Positions 27,001-42,000 of a stretch of DNA of 64,000 nt are shown here, one piece after another. The DNA is from Candidatus Omnitrophota bacterium (GTDB lineage Bacteria; Omnitrophota; Gorgyraeia; Pluralincolimonadales; Pluralincolimonadaceae): contig JAZDOX010000038.1 of NCBI GenBank assembly GCA_043798215.1, forward strand, positions 5,659 to 69,658, in the 5' to 3' direction. Below the pieces are notes generated by a model. The model worked only from the letters and a program-made list of their open reading frames with translations. It was not told the origin of the DNA and made no database searches. The position numbers and the translations under genes are program-made. The first letter of the stretch is position 1. Each line of letters begins with the position of its first letter.

Positions 27001-30000
27001 GGTCATAGCCGTTGCCGAAGCGCCCGCTATCTTCATATAAGGATTGAGGGTAAAAATCTCGCGCAAACTCGACTGCATTGATGTGACGCTTACTGTTACG
27101 TTCTCCCATATTATCTTAATGGGATCTGCGCCGACGGGGTCCAGACAATTCAATGAAGGATTTTCCGCTATCAGGTTTATGGCTATCATATAGTCAAGAT
27201 CGGAAAAATTGTTGTTGGGCTTGAGGTCTCTTCCATCGCCGGGTTTTACCGTGCCGTCGCTATAGACACCATAGTCATAGCCGTATTTATCGGTCATCGC
27301 GCGGACTACCGAAGCAACCTCGTTTAAGGTGTAAAATTTATCTACTAAGCCGCCAAACTGAACGGACAAAAGCGCGTTATTTATCATAGTGACTTTCACG
27401 GCGTCGCTAAGCGTTGCCGCAGAGAGACTGTTAAAAGCCCTGCTTAGGGCGTCGCCCTCTACCATAATGCCGTTTACTACCAAAGCCGCTTTTATCTGCG
27501 CCTGAGTCGTTAAATCACAGTCTTGCAAGAAAATCCTGCAGTTTTCCTTTGCCACACATCCGTCAACGCCCGGGCTAAAACAAATATCTCCCGATGTCGG
27601 GTGCTTGCCGTAAGCCACAGCAGGATTGTCCTTAAGGTCATTTATGTTGGTTTTCTTCTCAAAGTTACTGTCCTTGATAAAACCCAAAAGATTTTCTTTT
27701 TTGGCGCGTTGCTCCTGCGTCACGTAGACGCCGGCGCCGGAGAGGATAAACTGCTCGGTGCTTATGAAAAGATCGTGTATCTCATCGGCCAGTATGCTGT
27801 TGGTTTCTTGCATAGCGCCGCGCAGCTCAACATCGCCGGTCTTCATATTCAATAGATGCCCGAATGTCTCTTTGCTGCAAACAGGTATAAGATGGCTGTT
27901 TGTAAACGCCTCTATCAACGCCGCCTTTGCCGTCTTTGCCTCTTCTGAGCCGGAAACATTTTTGACATAGGCCTTTTGATATAACTCATCTACGTCTATA
28001 ACCTTTAAACCGACCGCGGCCAGGATATCCGAAACCTTCTTTGCCACAACCGGATCTGCCGCTTCACCGTTTGTGTTCTCTGTTCCGCAAACCTTAGGCA
28101 CGTCTATCTTTTGCAGTAAAAGCAACGCCTGCATCTTATCGCCGGTCTGTAGATATTCCGCGGCAAGCTCCATTATAAAAGTCAGCGTCTTGCCGCCGGA
28201 GGTCTCAATATTTATAACATTCTGACCGTCTAAAAGCTCGAGGCCGACTTTTTGAGCCTCTCTTAATTCCGGATAAGCGTAAAGCGTAAAAAGGGTCTCG
28301 GCAAATGCCAAAGCAACGGCCTTATCGCAGTGTCCGGGTGTTAAGATATTGCCTGTCTGGCCTAAAATGCTGGTTATCTGTTTGCCCGCCGCTTCAAAGC
28401 TGGTTCTTCCCGTTATGCAGCCGTCTATTACGTTCTTTATGCTTTCGCTGTGGGATTGCAGATCCTTAAATCTGGCGTCAACCGCCACAACCTCTGCGTC
28501 GGGGAAGAAGTCCTCGACAAATTTCGCTGAATCCACCTCTATCTTGCCATTTATCTCCTGCGCATACTCGCCGCCTAACGCCTGCGCCATATTCGACACA
28601 CTCAAACCCACAACGTGGGCCAAGAGGGCAAGCTGTCCTTCGTTGCCTAAGGTTGAGACCTTGTTGGAAAGATTACTTTCAGATATAGGCGCAATTAGAA
28701 CAATACCGTTATCTTTCAAAAATTTATTGAACTGGCCTATACCTTCTTGAGAATTTTCCGATACGGTTATTATCCCTCTTTCTTTGGCTATACTTAGAAG
28801 CTGGCGTACCGTTAAACCCGTATCATCAAGAACTATTTTTACACCGCCGGTTTTAACCGCTGCGGCGACAAATGGCGAAGAAGAGGTAATGCTTGGGGCT
28901 GTGATAATAAAACCGTCTCCGCCAGCCGCCTTTAAGGCGCTATTCCACGCTGTTAGGCTTGTATGGTCGTTTAATCTGGCTAACGCGCTGACATTGATAT
29001 TCAGCTCATTAGATATAAAATCGGCCGTCGTCATACCCTTTTCGGATGCCGCCGTTGAGATGAGCTTAGTTTTTTCGGTATAATTACCGAATGTCTTGCC
29101 TGAGGCGTTCTCCGCATCCCCTATCGTCTTGCCGTCAAGATTTCCTACTCCGACACCGCTATACCTGACAAAAATTCCCGCATCGTCATTAGGACTCGGG
29201 GCATAGGCCGTGAAATTAAATCCTAACTTTTCGGCATACGCCTTAAATGTGTTGCCGCCCTGGTTGTCATAGCCGTAAAACTTCGCTAAATCTCCAAAAT
29301 CCATTATTCCAAAACATTTGGCTATGTCGGCTACGGATATGCCAAAATCAATCGCCACAGAACTCAGAGTAAATTTATCGATATCGGCGTCTGTTAGAAG
29401 AGGGTTGGAAAGTTTCGCATTTACTAATATGAAATCGTAGATCTCCGGGCTTTTACTTTTGATACTCCCCAGTTCTATGCCCGCCAATGGCAAACATCCT
29501 GTTTGTTCAATAACTTTTGCTATATCTGAAGCGGCCGATACAGGCAACGCCAAATATTTAAAGCCGAGATGTTCGGCTATCTCAAGAGGAGTTTTATTGA
29601 GAATAGTCGCTGTCTCGCCTATTGACAGATGGAACATAGAAGCCGCCGCCTCAATATCGTTTAGGCCGGAGCCTTTGCTTAGCATCGCTAAAGTGCAGGG
29701 TTTGCCGCCGGAATTATCTTCCAACGCCCTTATCTTATCTGTAATCAACGCGGCCGATTCAACATCGTCTTTTCCTTCAACATAAACCTTAAATATCGGG
29801 GCTAAATATTTCAAAATGAAGTCATCGGTTACGCAATCTATATCGCGGCCTCCTACAATATTGCTGTTCCAAGCGCCTTTTGCCTTTGCCAGCCGTTCCA
29901 ATGTAACACTATCGTCGCCTAAAAGAGACTTTACATACATACTAACGGCATTGCTAAGAGTCCCGCTGCCAAACTCGCTGCTATCAATAAGATAGAGCCT

Positions 30001-33000
30001 CATATTCTCATCGTCTATGCTCCCGCCAAATAGATAAGAATCGACCGCAATGTCTATTAATCCAGAAGAAACGCCGCCGCCAAGCATCCATCCAAAAGTC
30101 GAGTTTAGAATAGGGGTAAAGACGCTTCTATCTATTAATCTCGCGGCGAAATCGCCCACATTCTTATCTACCCAGCTTATGGCGCGATTGAGCAGATCAT
30201 ATTCGCCAAGAAGCTTAACCCTTGCCCCTGCAAGTACCGGACCTAAAGTAGCGTAAAGCCCTGAAACTACCCACATCCTTTCGCTTAATATAGGCGCGGT
30301 TATCGTGTAGAGCATCTCGTCTGCCAAAGATAAAGGAGTCTCGCCCCAGCCGCTGCTTGCGGTCCCGGGCACATTAAGAAATGAACCGCTATATAATAAT
30401 GCTTGCGCCGGCAATCTTAACCATGAGTCCTTCTCTATACCTGACATATCCAAGAGCGAATTTAAAGTCTTTCCGGCAAATGAAAACAACGTATTGTATT
30501 GAGTGGCAACAAGCACGCCTTTGGCTATATTCGCGGCCAATCCCAGAAGAGGATAAACGCACGGCGCTCCCGGTGTCGGCGTCAAAGCAGCCGCCGTCAC
30601 AATAAGAATCGCGGAAGCTGTTGTTAATGCCCCTGCCTTGATTATTCTCTCTGTCCTGTCCGCCTGATGGTTGAGGTAATAACTTTCCGCGGTCTGGCCC
30701 CAAGCAAAGAGAGTATCCAATGAGGTATTCATTGTATCCTTTACCAAATCGAAATATCCGTTCGCAAAATCATAGGCGCCGGCTATATCGCCATCCACAA
30801 GACGCTCGATCACCGTATCTGTATACGCGTATACCAAATTGTAATCCTGGCTTAAGCTTTCTTCAAACGGGTTTTGATCTTCACCAGCAGGTGAAAGAGG
30901 GTCTCCCATAGCCTCTTGATATTCATATTTGTCAAAGACCTGCCGTCCTTGTCCCTTGAAAAAGCCGTTATCGAGACCGAGGTTGACTTTTTCAGCAGCG
31001 GTTCTCATATCAACGCAAAGCAAGAGCGCCGCGAACTTCTTGCTGAAATTTTGCTCTCTTTCCGCGTAGTTGGTCCTGTTGAGAAACTCTTGAACAAGGC
31101 CAAAATCCTGCGTCCGTTCAAACTCTTTCATTAAATTTGCAAACTCGGCTTCCAGCAAATCCAATGCCGCTTCTTCCGCCACTAATTCATTAGCGAGATT
31201 ACGCGCGTCTGCGCCAGTTCCTGTAAATACAAACGAGGAATCGAGACCGGGATTATATGCGGATAACGGAAGGAAATAATCACTGTCTATATAGTCTTTC
31301 AATTCTTTTGCTGTCTTTGGTCCGGCTCCAATAAGCGTAAGCAGATCATTTTCCGCATTCGCCTCGGCGATGGACGGTTCCAAAAACCAGCCTTTTACTA
31401 AGTCCTTACTGCCCTCCTCCGTGATAACCCCTAATTCTTTCAAGACGTCCAATGCCTTAGTGTCTTCTTTTATAAAATCCCTCACCTGCGCCTTGCCGGA
31501 ACCGTCTAATTTTTCAAAGGATCTTATAAAATCTTCTTTCGCTTCGTTATATTTCTCCTCCGCTGAGCGCGCTTCTGTCTCCGTATTTGCTACCTTCGGG
31601 GCTAACTCGTTACATAATTTTTGCTGATCCGCTATTGCCTCCTCCGTAATTATAATCAAACTTCCCTCTTGGGATTTTGCTCTCTGCCACTCGAGCAATG
31701 CCTTTGCGGCGGCGCTATAGTCATTTGCCGCCGCAGACGCTTCATCCTTCTTTTTATAGTAAGCTTTTCCTTCTTTTTTGGCGTTATCCAAAAGGCTCAA
31801 AGATTTAATTACCGCCTCATCTCCGGTCTCCTTCTTTAATGGATCGAAAGAGTTCTGCAGTAATAACCCGCGCATCTGTTTTTCGGCCGCCTGCCAATAC
31901 GCGCTAAATTCTTTGCCGTCGGGCGCAGGGCAGTACAAACCTTGACTTTCCATAAAGCCGAATATTACATCCTGGCGATTGAATATATACGCTTCCTTGC
32001 AAAGGTCAAATAACCCATCATAAAACCCGCCTGATTGAACACACTCATTTAGCAGCGCGTTGGTAAACTGGCCGGGAAGATAACCGCCGACGGTTATCAA
32101 AGTTGCGGCGTCATTTCCTTTGTTATCCAAATAATCGCCCATCTCCAGGCATTGCAAGAACTTCTCAGTCAATAGAGACACCGAACCGCGGCCGCTCATT
32201 ATAAAATCGTTTATCGTAAGCCCATTGGGCTTCAATATCTCTTCATAGAATAAATCCACCCCGTTTATAGCTCCGTATTCGGTATCAACCTCAAAAACCT
32301 CAAGCTCTTTTATGATATTCTGATGGCGTGCCTGCGCCGACCATACTTCGGCGTTATTAAGATCGGTGACGTATAAAACGGCGTTCTCGGAGCTGTTCGG
32401 ATCATAAACAGTTATCGTATTTTTAATTAAATCGGTGGCTGTCTCTATCTTCCTGGTAACAGTATTAAAAACAACTATTCCTTCCGCAATATTTTTGCCG
32501 TTTTCCGGAGATGCGCTAAAGTATGTCCTTGTTGTCAGCCCGGTCTTATCATCGGCAATATCCTGAAAAGAAAGGCGCAATGCCGCGCCGCCGGTATAAT
32601 AATTCGACTGATTATACATATCTATAATTGAAGTTCCGTCGGGATTTTGTTGCAGCGTTATGTCGGCGCCGGTTATTGCTTTATAAGTGGTGGTTATCTT
32701 CCCATCTTTATCTTGTTGTATTATCGTATTAAACAGCCTTGTCTTGCCGCCGCCTATAATGATCGTCCTGCCGCCATCGGGAAGCGTGATTGAGGTAACC
32801 GGGTCGTCGTATGTTATGGCAAACTCAAGTCCTTTAACCGGCGCTGTCTTCAGCGAAGAAACCTCGATGAGGGCGCCGCCGGGAAGGCTAATGCCGTCTA
32901 TAACCGTATCGTGCCCGAGACGCCTGCTGACCACCCTGCCTAAACTGTCTATTATCTGGGCTTCGTCAAGAATATCCTCTTTTAAATAACTTAAATAGTT

Positions 33001-36000
33001 TTCTGGAAGAGGACCCTGAACGATATTCTGCAGCCCGCTCTTGGAATTATATATTTTGACTTCTCTAAATCCGTATTTATCGGCGGCGCCTATAGTCTGA
33101 AGCGTTCTATCGCTGGCGTAATCTTTCAATATCGTCTCTTTTAACTCGAGAAAATTCATTGAACCAACCTCAATTCCATTGGCATCCTTAACAGTCTCTG
33201 TCTTTCTTTCATAGTTGTAGATAGTCTTCGTTCCTGTTTCAAAATCGGAGACTATCCAGGGATATAATCTCGCGCTGCCGTCTTCAAGCCATATCGCCTT
33301 TGTTAGAGAAATTCTATTATCGCCGGCGTCGCTATGAGAACTCATCGTGTCAATTGTTACTATAACCTCTCCTAACCGCGTCTTGTCTTTCTCGTAACCA
33401 TAAAATCCCACTTTGCCTTCGCAATGGCCATCATAGTCTTCCGTGTACTCTTTGGATTCAACCAACGATTCGATTGAACCGCTTTGATTCAACGTTGTAA
33501 TTATCTCGCCGGTATTCAGATTTTTGGATATGGTTCTGTAATCATAGCTATTGCCTAACACGATCTCTTCCTGCCCGGGCAAGAAATCAATATAAGCGTT
33601 ATTTAAAACTACGGGAGCGGCTTTCGAATCTTTTTTAGTATAATCGGTTATCGACTGCGCCCTGCCTTTATTGTCAAAATTTCCGTATACCCCTGTCTTT
33701 ATTCCGCAGTTTTCATCGAATATGCCGGTTGAATAAATTTCGTTAAAGGTTGATTTATCCAAAATATAACACTCAACCGATATCAATTCCTTACCGTCAT
33801 ATATATATTTCTTTATGGCGGCCTTCTCCAGCGCCTCTCCTTCAATATCATCCCGTATATAGTTCAAATTCGCGGCGGCCATCTCAAAATCCGACTCTTT
33901 CAGATCTTCGGTCAACAAGTCAAAATCAAGCAGGCCGTCTTTATAAAATTTAATCTCGCCGTTCTTAAAATCTATGTATATCTGTATCGGCTGATTAAAA
34001 GCGTTCGTCGTATCTAACTTAATGCCTATCTTCCCCCCTGTGGCCTTGTCTTCAACGTAATCGAAATAGTCTTCTTCTACTAACTGCGCGTCGCCTTTCT
34101 TCAGCAACTCGCCGACATAATCGTATCTTATATCCATCCAATCATTAAGCGGAGTTAAGATGTGTTTCTCAAAAAGCCCGCCGCCGACAAAAGCCTCCGG
34201 CGCTTTATTCTCGAGATAACCGACAAGGGCATACCTTAAGGCGTCGTCCATATCGCCTCCGATAAATATGCCCTGCATATTTTCCAAGATATTGTAGGCT
34301 ACTTTTAATGTTTCTGCCTCAAGCCCCTTTTCGATATCGGCAGATTCCAGGATATCCTGACTCTCATTGCTCAACTCTCCGTAACCTGTCCTAAGAGCCC
34401 ATCCGATCAAAGCTCTTATAGCATCGTCCTTTACTCCGCATTTCTTTAGCGTGGAATCTATGGCCATATTCACGCTCTCTTTAGCGGTTGCCGTTACCAT
34501 CTGGCCCAAACCCATCTTCCACTCCTGGCCGGCTTTGACAGGCTGGCCGCTGAAATAGCCGCGAGTAAAGGATGTGCCGGCGGTAGCCAACAAAGACGAC
34601 CATGTCTCATTTAATCCCGCGCTCTCCAGCAAGGATTCAAGGCCCATATTCACCGCCTGATAGATAACATTATCTATCATATAACTCTTAAAACTTTCCC
34701 ATGTGGAGACGGTCGTAACGCCCGCCACGCCGCTGGTTGTTGTGCCCGTTGTCCCGGCCGCTCCCGTCCCGAATAAATTTGAAAGCCATCCGTCCGGAAG
34801 TAACTTCCCTAAACCCTCGCCTACGACTTGTCCAACACAAGAAGTAACAAGTGACGTTATGCCCGCGCCCACACCCGCCATAGGGTCCCTTGTTAAAGTA
34901 GCGGCCTTATAGCCCTGCCAGGTAGCGGCTAAAGCAGGATTCACATAAAATAACACCGCTGTTACAATAAAATCACATACCTTAAACCAATCCTCGTCTG
35001 AATGTTTAACTAGCCACTTGCGGAATTTGCTTCCATTAGCCCAGTCGTCTTTCCAGAGAGAGACCTTTTCTTTATCTATGAAATTGCCGTAATTGTCGTA
35101 TTTATAATAATATTTATCTTCCCCTTTATATCCGCCTCGATACTCGTTGTGATAATAGTAAAGGATCTCGCTTATCGGCATCCCTAAACTGTATTCGATA
35201 TCGCGGATTCTGGTTATATTTTTACCCGGCTGAGTGTCGGCTATGTCGTAACCGCGTATCTGCTTATATGAATTATAGATAAAATCGGTCTTGGTCATAT
35301 CGCCGGTCTTTTCCCATTCGAGCAAACTGTATGGATCGTATTTGGCTGAATATGAGGCGTCTTCATTGCTCATATAATAACCAATAATATTCCCCATTGG
35401 ATCATATGCTATATTGAACATACCGCTGTCTTCGCCGCCATAGATATTCCTTAAAGCCGTGCTAAGCGGTTTGCCTAATAAATCATAACTGGTATAACCC
35501 CTTAAGGCGCTATTAAATATACTATCCCCGCTGTAATTCTCCTCGAGCCAACTTATCATATTGCCTGAATCATCGCGGCTGATATAGCTTTTTACGGTTG
35601 TAAGATCAACGGGCAGACCCGTAAGTTCCCAAGTATAAACATTAAACGTTTTACCAAACCTTGTATAGGGATGATTTACTTTTTCCCACTGCTGGCCGGT
35701 TCCCTCTCTATGCGTCTCAAGGACTTCATTGTAAGCGCCTGAACCATACCAATCCGCCGAATAATTGGTTGTCGTTGTTAAAAATCCCGCGGCTGTTCCA
35801 TCTATCTTATCCCATACGGTTCTGCTAATATCTTTATAACCCTGCATATTGCCGAATCTATCATAAGTAAAAGTTTTATTGCCGAAGACAGAGGGAAGAC
35901 GCCAGCCATTTTCGGCGTCAAGCCATTGGCTGCCGGTATATTCATAACTCAAAAGTTGGTTCTTCCAATTATATTGGTTGTTATACTGTTTATACTGGTC

Positions 36001-39000
36001 GACGATATCTTTAAAACCGGCCGCCGATGTAACTTTCTTAACGTCGAAGCTGGTCGCGTTTCCATAATTATCACGCTCATTTATGGTCCGTATTTCAGTT
36101 ATTGCGGTAACCAGCTTGTGGTTCTCTAATAATGTCGTGGTGGTCGTTGATATATCAACGCGGCCTGTTTCTATATCGGCTTGGTTGGCCTGCGCTATCT
36201 TTACCTCTTGAACTCTGCCGTTCGCGTAGACATCCTTCAGATATTCGTTTTGGGTTAGGATATCGCCCCAAACGTCATAAGTTATAACACTATCTTCCGA
36301 TTCAGCCTTTACTAACTGACTTCCCATATCGAATGAATTTAGGTTATCAAAAATAGCATACCCTATGACTCCCGGCGCGTCGCCATATACACAATAAAAA
36401 TCATAGTTGCAATATTTGCCGCCAACCCCGTTAATCACATGACGCTTACTAACTACGCCGTCTTTATAATACTCCAGCTCAAAGGGTATATCGCTTCCGC
36501 TATACAAAGATCCCTTATGCGTAACTCCTTTATTAAAATTTTGTAGAAAATAGGTTGTATCCGAGACTTTGGCAAAATACTTATCTTCAAAATCATCGAC
36601 GGAGTAGGTTATATCAAAAACTCTGCGGCCATTCCCGATAAAATAAAAATATTCTGTTTTTTCCGACAGAGGCGCCATATCAAAAGACGCGCTGCGAAAA
36701 ACATCATATTTTTCCTGAATCATCTGTGGGGAGCCGCAGTTCCAGTTCAAAAGTTTACTATAATCTATCTCTCCATTTATCTCATCAATAACAGTTAACC
36801 GTTCTGTTTCATAATCTTTGTATAGCAACTCTGCAAAATCTATGCCGCGGCCGGAGCTTGCGTCGTAATCGCCGAAATAATATTGTTCGCGATATTTATA
36901 GATAAGATAATACCTATTTCGAAACTCAACATTTTTCTTTTCAACCTGCTTTATGCCGCCGGTCGGACTATATGTATAACAATATTGCGTATTCCTCTGC
37001 TGGAAGGACTTATCTAACATTTTTCTCTCTGAATTAAACTTGGCGAGTATTTCAATCTCACCCTCGGACGTGTGGTAGATTCCTTCAAGAAGCGCCGCCA
37101 ACTCTTCCGCGCTATCTATATCTTGATTAAAATATACCTTGTCTGAATCAAGCGCGTCCTTTTTAAGGATTACCGCGCCAACTTCATCTTGTATATCATG
37201 CATTGTGATTTCTGAAATGTCTAATTCCGTCGCTATAAAACTATTATTGTAATATCCGGCGGGATCGGCCTCTTTCACATCCAAAAGTGTCAGCCTTATT
37301 TTTTCTCTGCAAAATTCGTCTCTATTACCGGGATTCACATCGATGTAATCTCGGTCATAGATCACTTCATTTTCCCTGCTTAACTGTTGTGACATAAAAG
37401 AATTCGACGCCGAGGGGGCATCTAAAGTTGATTCAACCGTTACATCGCGCGTATATGTGCCATCACCATTAAATAGCAGGCCCCCGTAAGAAACGCTTGC
37501 CGCTGTTGTTCCGCAAGCCGCAAGAAATTCAAGATCCCTGCTTGTGGATGCCGGGCCGTTTATCAGGCGAACCGGACGCTTAAAATCGTCGAGCTCTATC
37601 ATAACTTTGCAATACGCTTTTATAGAACCGTCAAAATTATATTCATTCGCGTATAAGTATTTGGGGTTAAAAAGATCCGCGTTACCCAAAAACTCAAAAG
37701 GCGTATGAATAAATATTTTCTTGCGATATGCGGAAAACACTGTTTTTATCGCGGTTTTCTGATTAATATCGGTTATGCCGGAAGCTATCATCAACGCTTC
37801 CAAATCCTCTGTCGTCTTTATGGTTTGATTAAAATAAATGTTGGCAGTTCCGTCAGGCATAAGTATTTTCCCTGAAAAATCCGTTGTGTTTATGATCGTA
37901 TTCAATAGCTCATTTATAACTGCCGTTGCGGCAGTTGCTCCGCAGACATCCGTTAATTTGGCTTCCAGTTCGCTCTTAAGGAAGCTATTGTTTCCTTTGC
38001 GGCTTGACTTAAAACAGTTCACAGCCGCGGTTATGTCGCCGCTTAAAATTATTCCGGCCGCGGCAAGCCGCGCCTGCAACTCGTTTTCAGTCTCTATTGC
38101 CGGATCAAAGAAAATCTTCGCTCCGTCTTCGGTATCAATAGTATCGTCAAATATTATCTTTGCGTTCAAAAGATTAGCCGCAAGCGCCGCCGCGAGGGCG
38201 CTCTTTAAAAAGCTGGCATTAACTTCTACATCTACCCATTGTCCGCTTAACCGATACTCCAGGAATTCCTCTTCAATGGATTTTGACTCAAAGCTAAATT
38301 GATATCTCCCGTCAGATCCGAAAATGGCGGTCTGATTTCCCAAATCATCATAATAATACTTGGATTTTATGCCGCCCAACGCAAACCGTTCATCGTAAAC
38401 ATAGCCAAAAGTCCCCGCCGCAACCGGAGTAAGGCTGTAGTCTATTTTATCTTCGCTATTTACCTTCTTATAAGCGTACATCGTGTTGTCCGCGGCATGC
38501 ACGTAGTCAAGCCCGGGATCTTCGGCGTAAAGTATATCTCCTGATATGCCATAATAAGTCTTCCATCTCCATACGGCTGTATCGCTCCCGTTGTAAGTGA
38601 CGATATATGCTAATTTGCTCAAACCATAAAAATACCGATTATTTGAGGTTACGATCCCCGCATCATTAAAAGACTCTGTTTTACTAATCTGGCCATCGGA
38701 GCTATAAAAGGTTTTCGCGGAAACATAATAATTAGCGGTCAAATAAGCGTAGTTGTCTTTATTGTTCAATACGTTTGTCCTGTGCGTTTCCAGGTTTGCG
38801 CTTGAATAATCCCCAATACAGGATATATTCACATCGAGAAAACCGTTATTATCGGTATCGTAATAAAAAATCGTCGTGGCTTTCTTGGCCCCGTTTAAGT
38901 TGAATGTATTCGAATATTTTTCGCGGCCGAGAATAGCGCCTGAAGTGTAATAACCCACATAACTTCTCCTGACAGCGTCGGCGGGAATATTATTGCGGTC

Positions 39001-42000
39001 GCTTAAAATAGCGCCGCTCTTATACCAAGTTTCCGTATGTTCCAAGTTGCCGTTTCCGTCATAATAATAGAATGTGGTTTCTTTACTTTCTTGGTTATAG
39101 AATCGCTCTATCTTTCCGGTTAAAAGTCCGGAACTATAATAATATGATACTGCGGGCAGGGCCGAATCCAGATAATTATAGTACTTGCAACTGATATCGT
39201 TGACTCCATCTTTGTCTTTATCGTAATAAAAAATGGTCTCCGCAACGGAGCCGTCGGATGCATACGTGTAAGTCTCGATTTGTCTTCCGGCCGAATTGTA
39301 ATATGCGGAGGTAACCGGCAGATCCGAAACCATTCCAATGTTATCAATCATACATTTTCCGTAAACTGCGACCCCAACCAGTTTTGAATAACTTTTGTTG
39401 GCATATTTACGAAGCAATAGCGATAGGTTAAGAGTGGTCTTTTTCCACTGTCCCGTAGTAAAAGAAGTCGAGCAATACGAAACGTAGATTCTATTTGCTA
39501 TATCGGTTGTGCCTCCATAGCAATCGTCGCCATAGCGATACCGCAATCTGTGGGTCTGGCCGGTTGTATCCATTACGGTAAATTCCAAAATAAATACCTC
39601 GTCAGGAGAAGCCTTTACCAGAGCGCTCACGCTTGGCGAATTATAGATATCGGGATTGCTTACCGTATACTTCACCCCAAATTTCGTCTGGTTATAATAA
39701 TCGGGCTCGGATGAAATTACCTTTACGCATTTGGACGAAGGAATTTCGGGATTGCCCGCATTGGCCAATTCGTATGTCCCGGTTCCCGACGCAACCGTCC
39801 ATTTCAACTTTAATTCAGCCGTCGAAGCGTAACCAAAGTAGTCTACCGCCATAGACACGGGATAATCCGTATCGTAAGCATCCACTCTATCGAGAGTAGC
39901 GTTATTACCGTCTCCGCCATCCACTATTTCGGCATCATAGATATACTTATTGTAGTTGTCTTGCGTTACGCCGTCGGCTTCATAATTTATGACGTAATTA
40001 ATTCCCCAATTCACCATATCCTTATATCCGGTCTCGAATTTTTTCTTCGCGCCTTTTGCCGCGTCGAATCCCGTCGTCTCCCATCCGATTATCTTATTTT
40101 CAGAGTATAAATATTCTGAATAAGTATAGACGCCCGCATCGAGCGTAACCGCGTGATTAATATTATTTTCCTGCGTATCGTCGTAAAAAGTAACGGACTT
40201 TTTATTCGGCCCCTTGGCAGCATCGCTGAATCCAGTTCCTGTAATATCGTAAACGGTTATCTTCTCTATCCTGTCTTCTGTCTCGTAATAATCATATTCG
40301 GAATATGAAAAGACGCCGTATTTATCTTTAGAGATAACGTAAGAAACCCTGCTATCCTGCGTATCGTCAAAATATACCTTTGAGGTTATTTTATATGTAT
40401 CCTGATTATTAGAAACGCAGGAAGCCGTTGTCGCGTCCACGCCTATATCTCCGGAAATGGTTATGCTTAAATTATTGAAATGATCGCCATCGCTATCATA
40501 GTAAAGAGTCGTAGCAACTATTTCCGTTCCATCGGTTGAGGCAAATTTAACGGCCGTCAACCTGCCATAAGTGTCATAATAGGAACAGGATTTAAGCGGG
40601 CCTTTGCCGCTCGTTATGCCATCCCATAAGGTATCCACTTTATACGTCTTTACCATAGAAACCGCGGTATTATCGGCGTCGTTATAACTTATATATTCGG
40701 AGAAGCTATATGTGCCGTCTTCATTCCTGTTGGTTACATAATCCACCTCTTGCCCCCCGGCTTTATAAACTGTCAGCTTCGATTCCAATGGATTTCCCTG
40801 CGCGTCAAATTCGTATCCCAAAACCCAGTCGAGAGTATTGGAATTATTATCGATTGCGGTGTCATCATACTTATAGTCGTAAAGATAAGCCACATCCACG
40901 CCGTTATCCTTATAAGTCCAAACACGACTAATGTCTGTACTGTCAGGCGCATAAATTACTTCCGTTAAGAGGCAATTAGATGCTTCTGCCGCCGCTTTAT
41001 CGCTGAATTCGCCTTTGAATATCTCGGTTCTGCCGACATAACCGTTGTAATAGTCATAAAAAGTAGTGGTTGCCTCCGAATCCTGAGAAGGAGCGCCAAA
41101 ATTAAGTTTATACTCATAGGATCTGTCCAACTCTCTTCCGCCGGGAAGGTATATTGTCTTCTTGACCATATTGTTTGCTAATAGGGCTGAATCGGATACC
41201 GCATCCAAAGCAATAGCGGCAACGGCTTCTTTCATCTTTATCACATAACCTCTACCGGGCTCAAAATCCGTGAAGTCGTTTAGATAATTAAGCCGCACCG
41301 GCGACGCGCTATCATAACCCCACTCATAAGTAAATATCTCCTCGACTAGCCCCGTATTAATAAGAGTATCGACGGCGCAATCGGTAAGGGCGGAGATGCC
41401 GATCCAGTTATAACCTTCGACCAATTCCGGAAGAACCGAATCCACAACATTGCCGTGAATTACAAAACCGGCGTCTTCCGTTACTTTAACCTTATACGCT
41501 ATACCAGAATGCATCTCCCTTAGATCGCCTTTCTGAGTGGAAACTGTGTAGCTTGCTGTTTGTGTTTTTGCCTGAACGCATTTATCCCATATTGATGATA
41601 AAACAACCTCTATGGCGCAATTCTCGGGTTCAAATGGCAAAGATATAAGATTCCATCCTTCTTTTAAACTAATCGAATAGACGATATCGCTGAATTTATA
41701 GTCCGTTATCGTATCAATAGTATCGGGATCGGAATCAACAGTCGTATCGTTATAATTATAAACGCTCGTATAATCTATCGAAACACAATCGACCGCGTAT
41801 GAAATAATCTCTTTTATCTGTCCTTTTTCGTTATAATAGATAGTGGATGTTCTATCATCTTTGTCATAAGGCTCTGTTTCTTTCGCGCATTCATATTTTT
41901 CAATTCGCTCCAGAAGACCGTCACTCGAATAGTAGTAAAACGCGGTTTCTTCTATCGTGCCGTCGATGTTATAAATATATTGCCTCGATGCCGTTAAGCC

